A stretch of 64,000 bases of DNA from Deltaproteobacteria bacterium (lineage in GTDB: Bacteria > CG2-30-53-67), in assembly GCA_013151235.1 (NCBI GenBank), contig JAADIO010000019.1, positions 1 to 64,000 of the forward strand, in the 5' to 3' direction. Below, piece after piece: positions 19,596-28,978 of this stretch. The notes under the pieces were generated by a model that was not told where the DNA came from, made no database searches, and worked only from the letters and a program-made list of their open reading frames with translations. The translations under genes were made by a program, and so were the position numbers. Positions within the stretch are counted from its first letter, which is position 1. Each line of letters opens with the position of its first letter.

Positions 19596-20516
19596 ATGGT
19601 GGAACAGTACGACCTGGTGATTATCGGGGGCGGGCCGGCGGGGATGGCGGCAGGCGTCTTTGCCGCACGTTACCGGTTGAAGACGATCATCCTCGAAAAG
19701 TCGGTCGTCGGCGGTCAGCCGGCGGTGGCCGAGCGGATTGAGAACTTCCCCGGTTTCCCGGAACTCGACGGGTGGGATTTTGCGACCCGGCTGGAAAAAC
19801 ATGTTACAAGCCTCGATGTCCCGATTTTGGAATCGGGCGAGGTCCGCGGAGTTGAGCCGGACGGGAAGGGGTACCGGGTCGTCGCCAATAAGGGAAGTTA
19901 CGAAACAAAGACGGTCCTTGTGGCGACGGGCGGCCGTTCGCGGCTTCTCGGCGTGCCGGGAGAGGAGAAATTCTCCCGCAGGGGGGTCCACTATTGTGCC
20001 CAGTGTGCCGGCTTCGGCTATGAGGGAAAACGGATCGCCGTCGTCGGGGGAGGGGAGTCGGCCCTTTTGGGGGCGCTCTATCTTTCCGGGATCGGCCGGG
20101 AGGTTTTCCTGCTTCATCGCCGTGAGGGATTCCGGGGGGAAAAGGTCTTGCAGGAACGGATCGATGCTGCGGAGAAGATCCGGCAGATCCGAGGAACCGT
20201 CGTTGAAGAGATCCTTGGGGAGAAGACCCTCTCCGGGATTTGCCTCCGAAACGTCAAAAGCGGTGAGCGGACGACCCTCGAAGTGGATGCCCTCTTTGTT
20301 TATGTCGGCTGCGTTCCCAATACCGCTTTTATTAATGCCGAAAAGGATGCAAAGGGCTTTCTCCGGGTCAATCTCGCGATGGAGACTACCCTTCCCGGTG
20401 TCTTTGCCTGCGGGAACGCGGTCCGCGAAGATGCCCAGATCATCTCCGCCATGGGCGAAGGGGCCGTGGCGGTCCTCTCCGCTGCGGAATACATAACGGC
20501 CCACCTCGATATATGA
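19596..20516 (+). CDS. trxB: Thioredoxin-disulfide reductase
   Basis: IIGGGPAG, RGVHYCAQC (CxxC), VVGGGESA and HRR motifs. Confidence 0.85.
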   Translation: MVEQYDLVIIGGGPAGMAAGVFAARYRLKTIILEKSVVGGQPAVAERIENFPGFPELDGWDFATRLEKHVTSLDVPILESGEVRGVEPDGKGYRVVANKGSYETKTVLVATGGRSRLLGVPGEEKFSRRGVHYCAQCAGFGYEGKRIAVVGGGESALLGALYLSGIGREVFLLHRREGFRGEKVLQERIDAAEKIRQIRGTVVEEILGEKTLSGICLRNVKSGERTTLEVDALFVYVGCVPNTAFINAEKDAKGFLRVNLAMETTLPGVFACGNAVREDAQIISAMGEGAVAVLSAAEYITAHLDI

Positions 20517-20578
20517 CTCAGCCGGACTAAACTGATTATACTTCGAAGTATGGATTTCGCAAGGGTTTTCCCCTGCCG

Positions 20579-21739
20579 CTAATCTATGGGCAGATTCTTC
20601 TCGTAAAGTGTGTAGGCGATCGGTTCCTTGTTCTCGTATCCGATACGGGCCCTTCTCTTCTCGTCCAGGAGATGGTATTTCACAACGATCTTCAAGGCGG
20701 CGGGCCTTGGTGTCGTATCGGTCTGGAAGGCAAAGGTATAGTCCCGGGGTTTCCCTTTCGGTAAACGCGTATCCCACAGGTCTGCAATGAAAGGACGCCA
20801 CATAATATGCCTCTTGAGCATGAATGTTTTCTCTTTCAGGACATCTTTCCTGCCGTCCGTGAGTGTGAAGGTTACACTCAGATGCCGGTCGGGCGTGCCG
20901 GTTGGGAGAAAGTGGTCCGTGCCGGTGTTGGTCAGGGTCAGGGTGTATTTCTTTCGGTTTCGGCGGGGCGAGGGGTTTTCTTCCACCATGACGGTGAGTG
21001 CCTGCCGGATCATTGCCGGATCGTGGCCACCCCGCCAGAGGTGGTGCGCATGGCCGTTTTCCTCCTTTTCTTCGGGCATGTGGCAGCCGGTACAGCCGGC
21101 TTTCCTGCTGCCGGCTTCTTTGATTTCACGAAAGGTCCCGCAGGGCGGCAGCCGGTAGAATGTGTCCCAGCGCCTGCCTGAAACGAGATGGCACCTTCGG
21201 CATACACTGCTTCCATCGGTAAAGCGGGGGTCTTTGCGGACGGGGTGGGGGGCATCCCCACTTTCGCGGGGGCCGAGGATCACGCCGTCGGTAACGTGGC
21301 AGACGGCACAGGTCACCCCCTCTTTTTGAAGTTCCGGATCGAAGTCCGGGTTGGGCCGGAGGATGGGGTCGAGCTTGTCCCGGTCCCGGAATCCGAGAAC
21401 GCGGTTCTCCTGCTGGTTTTCCAGCGGGATGTGGCAGTTCATGCAGATTTGTTGAGAGCCGTCGAAACGGGTATCGGCCTGGAAGTAGGGGTCGGTCCAG
21501 GCGCGGGCATGGATGCTTCCCGACCATTCTTCGAAGATCTCCCGGTGACATTTTCCGCACTCCCGTGCACTCAACGAGACGAGACCTGTCGGCAATTTCC
21601 CGGCCGGTATGGGGCGTTCAAAGGCTTTCGTTACCACAAAGATACTCAGGGGCCGCACGAAGCGGTAGAGCATGAACAGGCTGAAACTTGTGAGCAGGAC
21701 AAGGAATATAAGCCGTTTCCGCATCTTCATCTTTTTCAA
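20579..21739 (-). CDS. Pentaheme cytochrome c (c554-like multiheme) with N-terminal membrane anchor
   Basis: CGKCH, CMNCH, CAVCH, CRRCH, CTGCH; EEWSGSIHARAW; GTDHFLPTG; start at 21739 (TTG) or 21730. Confidence 0.85.
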   Translation of the reverse strand: MKKMKMRKRLIFLVLLTSFSLFMLYRFVRPLSIFVVTKAFERPIPAGKLPTGLVSLSARECGKCHREIFEEWSGSIHARAWTDPYFQADTRFDGSQQICMNCHIPLENQQENRVLGFRDRDKLDPILRPNPDFDPELQKEGVTCAVCHVTDGVILGPRESGDAPHPVRKDPRFTDGSSVCRRCHLVSGRRWDTFYRLPPCGTFREIKEAGSRKAGCTGCHMPEEKEENGHAHHLWRGGHDPAMIRQALTVMVEENPSPRRNRKKYTLTLTNTGTDHFLPTGTPDRHLSVTFTLTDGRKDVLKEKTFMLKRHIMWRPFIADLWDTRLPKGKPRDYTFAFQTDTTPRPAALKIVVKYHLLDEKRRARIGYENKEPIAYTLYEKNLPID

Positions 21740-22095
21740 AAGGTGATTGTCTCCCGGTCTATCATCTCTCCTGCGAGGGTCGGGATGTGGGTGACGGTGA
21801 AACCGTCTATGATTTCCTCTTCGGGAATCTCATAGACCTTGACGCAGGCCCCGCAGACGTACATCGGAATTTTGGCTTCAAGGACCATGGGGAACAGTTC
21901 CCGTACCGGGGTCAGATACCTCCCCTCGATCGTGTCGGCAACTCCCTTCCTTGCCATTTTCGCCCCTTCGAAGATGAAGAAGAGGGCCAGGTCCGCCCCT
22001 TCGCTGATAAGGGACGCAGCCAGGGCGATTGCTGCGTTGGATCGGTCCTGGTCGTCGGTGGAATGGGTGATAACGAGCATGATTTTCTTTTTCAT
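21736..22095 (-). CDS. DsrE-family sulfurtransferase-like protein
   Basis: LALFFIFEG and IPMYVCGAC motifs; 119 aa ending TITF. Confidence 0.8.
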   Translation of the reverse strand: MKKKIMLVITHSTDDQDRSNAAIALAASLISEGADLALFFIFEGAKMARKGVADTIEGRYLTPVRELFPMVLEAKIPMYVCGACVKVYEIPEEEIIDGFTVTHIPTLAGEMIDRETITF

Positions 22096-22146
22096 GATGG
22101 TTTCCCCCGTGGAAAGTTAAAAGATCAGACCGTTCATTTGGCCTCT

Positions 22147-23817
22147 TTATCGAAGGAACGGCAGAACATTGGTGAACTTCAGAAAAACAAGCAGGAGCAG
22201 AACGGCCAGACCCCGTTTCAGGAAGACCTCGGGGAGTTTCTTCTGGATCTTCGGCCCGATCTTTCCGCCGATGATCGCTCCCGCCGCGATGAGTGCGGCC
22301 ATGGTCCAGTCCGGCGGATAGCCCATCAGGGCGTAACGGGCGACGCCGCCGATGGAGGTGGCAAAGGTCCCGCAGAGTGAGATCGGAACGGCCAGGTACA
22401 TGGGAAATCCCATGACCGATGTCATGAAGGGGACAAGCATGAAACCGCCCCCCACGCCGAAGGCCGATGCGATACAGCCGATGACGATTCCACCGAAGAA
22501 GAGCGTAATCGGATTTGCGCGGAACTTCTCGCCCCAGAAGGTGAAATCGATTCCCATCGGCTGGAACCGGTCGATCCGGACGGCGCCCATCTCCGCCGTC
22601 CGCCCTTCGGCCCGGGCCTGTTTAACGGCTTCGTTGTATTTGGCCACGATGGCCTTGATTCCCTTCTTTTTGTTGATTCCCTTGCTGGTCGATTCCAGCC
22701 AGAGCTTGACTGCGAGGATCAGGCAGAAGAAACCCAGATAGAATTTATAGGCCTTCATCGGAAGGTAACGGGCCGAGTAGGTTGGGCCGATCCAGAAAGA
22801 GCCGATCAGAATTCCCGAAACGAAACAGAGGGCCACGGGCCAGGCAAGCCGCCGTTCCTTGAAATAGCCCCAGACGCCCGTGATGGGCGAGAAGATGGTC
22901 AAAAATAGGTTGGTCGGCTTGACCATGTTGGCGGCGTTGATTCCGATCATCCCCTGCGTTCCGAGGACGATGATCTGAAAGGCGGCGGTAAAGAGGCCTC
23001 CGGCCGCTCCCATGATGACGAACATGATCCCGATCAAAAGAGCGCCGAGAAAGACCACAAGAGGGTTCATGTAGGTCCCGGCGGCTTTGAAATAATAGCC
23101 GCTGCCGGTGATTTTAAAGTCTCCGGCGATTTGACCGTTGACCGTCACCGCCAGGTCCGTTCCGGGGGCCAGGTTCCGATTGGGGATCAGGGTAACGGAA
23201 TAGTCTCCCGTTGATTTGTCGAGGCGGAGATGGACGTCCCGATTCCATTTCTCCGGGCTTTCAGAGAAGTCGCTCAGGACCATCCGGGTGCTTCCGCCGC
23301 CGATCGGTTTCTCCTTCGAAATCGTGTTCATCCCGAACTTGTCTTCGTGGGCGAAGATCAGCATCTTCCACTGGGCCTCGGTCCGGATGGGGGTGAGCAT
23401 GGATCGGATTTTCGGGGGGATCTTCGTCCAGGGTTTGATCTTGTTGATTTTAACATCGTACCTGAAGGGGGGGAACCATTTGCCCCTCGAGATCATTTGC
23501 GGGTGTGCCAGTGCATCGGGCCTGTTGGTCACGATGTAGCAGGTCGGCGGAATTTCGGTCTCTCCGAATTTGTCCGCGAGTTTCTTTTTCTCTTGGGTTC
23601 CCATTGAGTCGGAACTTTGGAACCCTTTTTCGGCGGCAATTACCACGAAAAGGTCTTCCCCCGGCGGGATCCGTCCCTGCACGGTCATTGCCTCTCCGGC
23701 TCGCAACTGTTCCGTGGAGAGTCTGCCCGTGATCTCCGAGGCTGTTACGGAACCGATCGGCCACAGAACCGATGCGACCCAGATCAGGAGTACTGTAAAG
23801 AGTTTCTTGCGATTCAT
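22147..23817 (-). CDS. TauE/SafE sulfite-exporter-family protein with a large N-terminal extracytoplasmic domain
   Basis: Signal peptide, about 230 aa soluble region, then GAAGGLF and FGVGGGFMLVPF TauE repeats. Confidence 0.82.
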   Translation of the reverse strand: MNRKKLFTVLLIWVASVLWPIGSVTASEITGRLSTEQLRAGEAMTVQGRIPPGEDLFVVIAAEKGFQSSDSMGTQEKKKLADKFGETEIPPTCYIVTNRPDALAHPQMISRGKWFPPFRYDVKINKIKPWTKIPPKIRSMLTPIRTEAQWKMLIFAHEDKFGMNTISKEKPIGGGSTRMVLSDFSESPEKWNRDVHLRLDKSTGDYSVTLIPNRNLAPGTDLAVTVNGQIAGDFKITGSGYYFKAAGTYMNPLVVFLGALLIGIMFVIMGAAGGLFTAAFQIIVLGTQGMIGINAANMVKPTNLFLTIFSPITGVWGYFKERRLAWPVALCFVSGILIGSFWIGPTYSARYLPMKAYKFYLGFFCLILAVKLWLESTSKGINKKKGIKAIVAKYNEAVKQARAEGRTAEMGAVRIDRFQPMGIDFTFWGEKFRANPITLFFGGIVIGCIASAFGVGGGFMLVPFMTSVMGFPMYLAVPISLCGTFATSIGGVARYALMGYPPDWTMAALIAAGAIIGGKIGPKIQKKLPEVFLKRGLAVLLLLVFLKFTNVLPFLR

Positions 23818-23883
23818 GTCTCTCTCCATCCGTGCCCCTTCCATTCGGGCGGGGAGTGCGGCCGGTGATGAACCACTCATCAT

Positions 23884-24210
23884 TTACGGCTTTGAATAGC
23901 GTTCGATGACGGCATCGAGTCTTTTCAGAGGGGGTTCCACCCCGTCATAGAGGATCCCTCCTTCCGCTTCCACCGTTTCGATAAATTCCTTGCCGCTGAC
24001 GATTACCGTGTCTTCCGGTTCCATGAGGCGGCCGTTGATCAGTACGGCGGCCGGCGCCGGATCGTCCGGTTTCCGCTGATCGTCGGGAAGGGTTTCCATC
24101 CGGACATTTTTGTAGGCCTCCATCAGAACGATCGCCATGTCCATGTAAATGCGGCACCGGCCGGCCGGCGGCTGCTTGTTGATGATCTTGATCGTTATAG
24201 ATGGGTTCAC
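23884..24210 (-). CDS. Hypothetical small protein, possibly thioredoxin-like fold
   Basis: RBS AAGGAG before GTG; PPAGRCR and APAAVLING; directly upstream of the TauE gene. Confidence 0.6.
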   Translation of the reverse strand: MNPSITIKIINKQPPAGRCRIYMDMAIVLMEAYKNVRMETLPDDQRKPDDPAPAAVLINGRLMEPEDTVIVSGKEFIETVEAEGGILYDGVEPPLKRLDAVIERYSKP

Positions 24211-24407
24211 GGGCGGTCTCCTTCCTAAATATAGTTGATGCCGGATCTTTATTTTTGCAATTTACGGTTCCATATGAAAAAAGATATATCAGGTCGAAAA
24301 GGAAACTCAATTAAGAAATATTTTGGAAGCTCCAAGTAGATTTTATGGATTCGCAAAGAGTTTACCAAACGTTGTTTTATTTTACGAAAAATGCTGAAAA
24401 AAATTTC

Positions 24408-24436
24408 TTGACATCGCCTTCGGAGATCTATATATT
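24408..24436 (+). promoter_or_regulatory. Sigma-70 promoter of the dsr operon
   Basis: TTGACA-17-TATATT with an AT-rich upstream region. Confidence 0.7.
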
Positions 24437-24719
24437 AGCAACCCGTTATATCCCAGAATGTATTCCGGGTAGTAGCTTGCGCTGTTTTACTTAAAGATCA
24501 AGATCAAAAAATCATCTGCAAGAATATGACGAAAGAACCAAGCTGATTTTTGCATTAGTATTTCGTTATATTCTTATGTCTGTGAATTCCGGTTTCGATC
24601 CTTGGTTTCCGTCTTAGCAGTGGATGAAAGGTCGCCGGGTCCTGTCGCATTATTCGGGTTTTAAATGATCACATTTGTTTTTCCGATCCGAAGCTGTTTC
24701 CGGAGGGGCAATCGTTAAG

Positions 24720-25244
24720 ATGAAGTTGCAATCCTGCCTGAAAGCAAAGAGATCCGAGATTCTGACAAGATGGCACCGGGTGATCACCGATAGCTATTCC
24801 TCTGAGTCTGTTCCGTTTCTCAATAATCCGGATCCCTTTGCCAATCCTGTTGGAACGACCCTTCTGAAATCGATGGAAACTCTTCTGGATGAACTTCTAT
24901 CCGGAGCGTCTCCTGATCGGCTGGCTCCTGTCCTCGACCGGATTCTCCGCATCCGGGCCGTGCAGGATTTTCTCCCTTCCCAGGCGCTTGCCTTTCTTCC
25001 AGCTCTGAAGGATGTGGTCCGGGAGGTGATCGGAGAGGAGGAGACGGATCCGGTCTCCGAGGAGGTCAGGGAATTCGATGCATTGGTGGATCGGCTGACT
25101 CTCCTTGCCGTGGATATTTATGTGAAGTGCAGGGAGACCATTTATGAAATCCGGGTCCGGGAGTTCAAGGACCGGGCCTATAAACTCCTGGAACGAGCCG
25201 ATCTGGTTTGTGCAGCCGCCCCGGATTCTTCGGGAGGATTGTGA
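24720..25244 (+). CDS. dsrT: DsrT (RsbRD-N-like)
   Basis: DPFANPVG, ILRIRAVQDF and YVKCRETIYEIRV motifs; directly upstream of dsrM. Confidence 0.9.
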   Translation: MKLQSCLKAKRSEILTRWHRVITDSYSSESVPFLNNPDPFANPVGTTLLKSMETLLDELLSGASPDRLAPVLDRILRIRAVQDFLPSQALAFLPALKDVVREVIGEEETDPVSEEVREFDALVDRLTLLAVDIYVKCRETIYEIRVREFKDRAYKLLERADLVCAAAPDSSGGL

Positions 25245-25295
25245 GGATTTGAAACCGGAAAACGAGAAGGACTATTTCAGAGAGGTAAACGTCAG

Positions 25296-26348
25296 ATGAG
25301 AATTTTGCTTCCTTTGATCGCAGTCGTTGTTCTGGGTGCCGTCGCATTTTTGGGGGTGCAGACAGCGGGTTTACAATACTTCTTCGGGGTTGTGATCCCT
25401 TATGCAGCACTGGCGATATTTTTGTTGGGCGTGATCTACAGGATTCTGAGGTGGGCGGCTTCTCCGGTTCCCTTCAGAATCCCGACGACCTGCGGCCAGG
25501 AGAAATCTCTTCCCTGGATCAAAACGGATCCTCTGGAGAGCCCGAACGGCACGGCGGGTGTTATAGGCCGTATGGCGCTGGAGGTCTTTTTTTTCCGTTC
25601 CCTTTTCAGGAACCTGAAGTTCAGGTACAAGGCGGGCGATGGTTCAAATCCTTCCCTGACCTACCGCCGGACTCTCTGGCTCTGGCTCTTCGGTCTCACC
25701 TTCCACTGGTCCTTCCTCTTTGTTTTTGTCCGCCACCTTCGACTTTTTACACAGCCGATCCCCGCTTTTGTCTCGGCGATGAACGGCTGGGATGCAGGCC
25801 TTTCCAACATACTGCAACACTTTAATGTGCCCCCGCTTCATCTTGTCAATATCGTCGGTGCACCTCCCCTGCTGATCTCCGATGTGATCCTTGTAACGGC
25901 CGTGACGCTCCTTTTCCTCCGGAGGGTCTTGATCCCGCAGGTCCGCTATATCTCTCTTCCCGCCGATTATTTTCCGCTGTTCCTCATTTTCGCGATTGCG
26001 CTGAGCGGGATCTGTATGCGCTATTTTTTCAAGGTCGATGTGATTCATATCAAGGAACTGACGATGGGACTTGCCACCTTTCATCCGGTCGTCCCGGAGG
26101 GGATCGACGCCATATTTTTTGTGCATCTGCTTCTTGTCTGTACACTTTTTGCCTACTTTCCGTTCAGTAAGCTGGTCCATATGGCAGGGGTTTTTATGAG
26201 TCCTACGAGGAATCTGGCGAATAACAGCCGGGCAAAAAGGCATGTGAATCCCTGGAATTACCCGGTCAAGCTGCACTCCTATGAAGAGTATGAGGATGAG
26301 TATAGGGAACTGATGAAGAAGGCAGGTATTCCCGTGGAGAAGGATTAG
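25296..26348 (+). CDS. dsrM: DsrM membrane b-type cytochrome
   Basis: PVPFRIPTTCGQEKSLPWI, FHW..RHLR and FPFSKLVHMAGVFMSPTRNLANNSR motifs. Confidence 0.95.
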   Translation: MRILLPLIAVVVLGAVAFLGVQTAGLQYFFGVVIPYAALAIFLLGVIYRILRWAASPVPFRIPTTCGQEKSLPWIKTDPLESPNGTAGVIGRMALEVFFFRSLFRNLKFRYKAGDGSNPSLTYRRTLWLWLFGLTFHWSFLFVFVRHLRLFTQPIPAFVSAMNGWDAGLSNILQHFNVPPLHLVNIVGAPPLLISDVILVTAVTLLFLRRVLIPQVRYISLPADYFPLFLIFAIALSGICMRYFFKVDVIHIKELTMGLATFHPVVPEGIDAIFFVHLLLVCTLFAYFPFSKLVHMAGVFMSPTRNLANNSRAKRHVNPWNYPVKLHSYEEYEDEYRELMKKAGIPVEKD

Positions 26349-26353
26349 AGACT

Positions 26354-27964
26354 ATGGCTAAATACGTTGAGAAACCGGAAGAAACCGCACTGATCAATCA
26401 TCAACCTCCGAAAACCGGGTGGATGGAAACGCCGACGGAGTTCCGTCCGGGCAATTGGTGCTACGGCGGAAAACCCTCGGTACTTGAAGTGCTCGGGATT
26501 CCGAATCCGAGGGAGTGGAAGCCGACGGATGAGGACTGGAAGCTTCCGGCAAACTGGAAGGAGATCATTTACGAAGGATTGAAGGATCGCCTGAGTAAAT
26601 ACAGATCGTTTAAAGTCTTTCTCGACATCTGTGTTCGTTGCGGCGCCTGTGCGGATAAGTGCCACTTCTTTCTCGGGACCGGGGATCCGAAGAATATGCC
26701 CGTCCTTCGTGTGGAGCTTCTCCGTTCGGTTTACCGGAAGGATTTCACCCTGGCCGGAAAGATCCTCGGAAAAATTGCCGGGGCCCGGACCTTGACGAAG
26801 GATGTTGTGAAGGAGTGGTTTTCCTACTATTACCAGTGTACGGAATGCCGCCGCTGTTCCGTGTTCTGCCCCTACGGGATTGATACGGCGGAGATCACGA
26901 TGATGGCGCGGGAACTGCTTCACCTGGTCGGTGTCAATATCAACTGGGCGCTGGAACCGGCGGCCAAATGCTTTCAGACCGGGAACCATATGGGGCTCCA
27001 ACCGCACACCTTCAAGGACAGTATTGATTCCCTTTGTGAAGACATCGAAGATATAACAGGGGTTCATATCGAGGTTCCGCTGAACAAGAAAGGGGCGGAT
27101 GTCCTCTTTATTACGCCATCCGCCGATGTCTTCGCGGACCCGGGGATCTACACCTTCATGGGGTATCTCCTCTTGTTTGAACATATCGGTTTGAATTATA
27201 CCATGAGTACCTATGCCTCCGAGGGCGGGAATTTCGGTCTCTTTAATTCCCAGGAGATCATGAAACGATTAAATGCCAAAATGTACGCGGAGGCAAAGAG
27301 GTTAGGTGTGAAGTGGATTCTGGGCGGGGAATGCGGACACATGTGGCGGGTGGTCCATCAATACATGGATACGATGAACGGCCCCGCAGACTTCCTGGAG
27401 GTGCCGGTCTCTCCGGTTACGGGGACACGATTCGATAACGCCGCCTCCACCAAAATGGTACACATCGCTGAATTTACCGCCGACCTTATTAAACATAACA
27501 AGTTGAAACTCGATCCGAGCCGGAACAACCACCGAAAGACGACCTTCCATGATTCCTGCAATCCCGCCCGTGCGATGGGCATTCTTGAAGAACCGAGATA
27601 CATCCTGAAACATGTCTGCAACCACTTCACCGAGATGCCGAAAAACACGATTCGGGAGAAGACCTTCTGCTGCGGAAGCGGGACAGGACTGAATACGGAC
27701 GAGTACATGGATATCCGGATGCGGGGCGGGCTTCCCCGCGCGAACGCAGTCCGGCATGTCCATGAGCAAAACGATGTCGATCTTTTGACCTGTATCTGTG
27801 CTATTGATCGGGCGACCCTCACCCCTCTGATGCGGTACTGGGTTCCCGGCGTGGAGGTCTCCGGCCTGCATGAGCTGGTCGGGAATGCCCTCGTGATGGA
27901 GGGGGAACAGGAACGGAGCACCGATTTGCGGGAAGATCCTCTGGAGGGGATGGAGGATGTTTAG
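26354..27964 (+). CDS. dsrK: DsrK (Fe-S, CCG domain)
   Basis: CVRCGACADKC, CTECRRCSVFCP, GECGH, FHDSCN, FCCGSG and CAIDR motifs. Confidence 0.95.
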   Translation: MAKYVEKPEETALINHQPPKTGWMETPTEFRPGNWCYGGKPSVLEVLGIPNPREWKPTDEDWKLPANWKEIIYEGLKDRLSKYRSFKVFLDICVRCGACADKCHFFLGTGDPKNMPVLRVELLRSVYRKDFTLAGKILGKIAGARTLTKDVVKEWFSYYYQCTECRRCSVFCPYGIDTAEITMMARELLHLVGVNINWALEPAAKCFQTGNHMGLQPHTFKDSIDSLCEDIEDITGVHIEVPLNKKGADVLFITPSADVFADPGIYTFMGYLLLFEHIGLNYTMSTYASEGGNFGLFNSQEIMKRLNAKMYAEAKRLGVKWILGGECGHMWRVVHQYMDTMNGPADFLEVPVSPVTGTRFDNAASTKMVHIAEFTADLIKHNKLKLDPSRNNHRKTTFHDSCNPARAMGILEEPRYILKHVCNHFTEMPKNTIREKTFCCGSGTGLNTDEYMDIRMRGGLPRANAVRHVHEQNDVDLLTCICAIDRATLTPLMRYWVPGVEVSGLHELVGNALVMEGEQERSTDLREDPLEGMEDV

Positions 27965-28071
27965 CCGGGCCGGATATCCGGCTTCATCCGGTGGACAATA
28001 ATTCAAAATTATGAGAAGAGGTTTGGACCTCTTGATTTTCTTTAATCACACATGTTATGGAGGATTCAAGA

Positions 28072-28407
28072 ATGGCAACACTTGAAGTCAATGGAAAACA
28101 GTATGAACTGGATGAAGACGGTTTTCTGGCGGACATGAGCGAATGGAATGAGGACATTGCCGTTGCTCTGGCCAAGACCGAAAGCGTTGAAATGACCGAA
28201 GCCCATTGGGAGGTCGTCAATTTTCTGCGTGACTATTATGCCGAGTACAAAATTGCTCCTATGATCCGGATTCTGACCAAGGCGATCGGTAAGAAGCTGG
28301 GCAAGGAGAAAGGGAACACCAAGTATCTCTACGAGCTCTACCCGGCGGGACCGGCCAAGCAGGCCTGTAAAATTGCAGGGCTGCCCAAACCGACCGGTTG
28401 TGTGTAA
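28072..28407 (+). CDS. dsrC: DsrC
   Basis: DEDGFL; C-terminal ACKIAGLPKPTGCV with both conserved Cys. Confidence 0.96.
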   Translation: MATLEVNGKQYELDEDGFLADMSEWNEDIAVALAKTESVEMTEAHWEVVNFLRDYYAEYKIAPMIRILTKAIGKKLGKEKGNTKYLYELYPAGPAKQACKIAGLPKPTGCV

Positions 28408-28415
28408 AAGCAGAC

Positions 28416-28441
28416 GGCGGGGTTCCTCCCGCCTTATTATT
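28416..28441 (+). terminator. Hairpin after dsrC (weak terminator or stabiliser)
   Basis: GGCGGG-GTTCCT-CCCGCC followed by TTATTATT. Confidence 0.45.
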
Positions 28442-28593
28442 TCGATAAGAAAAGACCGGAGGGGGATGTTGAATCGTCGTCCCCGGTTACTCAAACGTAC
28501 CTTTGCAGGCTGAGGGGGTACGGGGAATGGCGGGCTCTTTCGGGTTCATGTGGAAGAGCAACGATATCTTTTTATACTTATGATGGAGGGGAG

Positions 28594-28950
28594 ATGAAAT
28601 TCGGAATTCTCATTCAGGAAGGCCCCTATAATCACCAGGCTTCGGATAGCGCTTATAATTTCATCCAGGCGTCACTGGAGAAAGGGCACGAGATCACCGG
28701 CGTATTCTTCTATAATGACGGTGTCATCAATACCACGAAGCTGATGGACATCCCTGCAGACGACCGGCACATCAGTAAACGCTGGTCTGAGTTGGGGGCG
28801 AAGGGGATCCAGTTAATCGTCTGCGTGGCGGCGGCCAAACGGCGGGGGATCAATCCCGACGTGTTGATTGATAATGCCCGTATCGACGGACTGGGGCAGC
28901 TCAGTGAGCTTTGTATTGAATCCGACCGATTGATCACGTTCGGTGACTGA
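28594..28950 (+). CDS. dsrE: DsrE/TusD
   Basis: GPYNHQASDSAYNF, VFFYNDGV and IVCVAAAKRRGI (active-site Cys). Confidence 0.93.
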   Translation: MKFGILIQEGPYNHQASDSAYNFIQASLEKGHEITGVFFYNDGVINTTKLMDIPADDRHISKRWSELGAKGIQLIVCVAAAKRRGINPDVLIDNARIDGLGQLSELCIESDRLITFGD

Positions 28951-28978
28951 TCGTCTCAGAAAGGAGCCGGAGACTCAA

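Noticed and set aside
19569-20801. 410 aa minus-strand ORF
   Set aside because: Antisense to trxB and out of frame with the cytochrome gene; no motifs
28948-28950. Selenocysteine read-through at other TGA stops (dsrE, dsrT, DsrE-like, trxB)
   Set aside because: These proteins already end at family-typical C-termini
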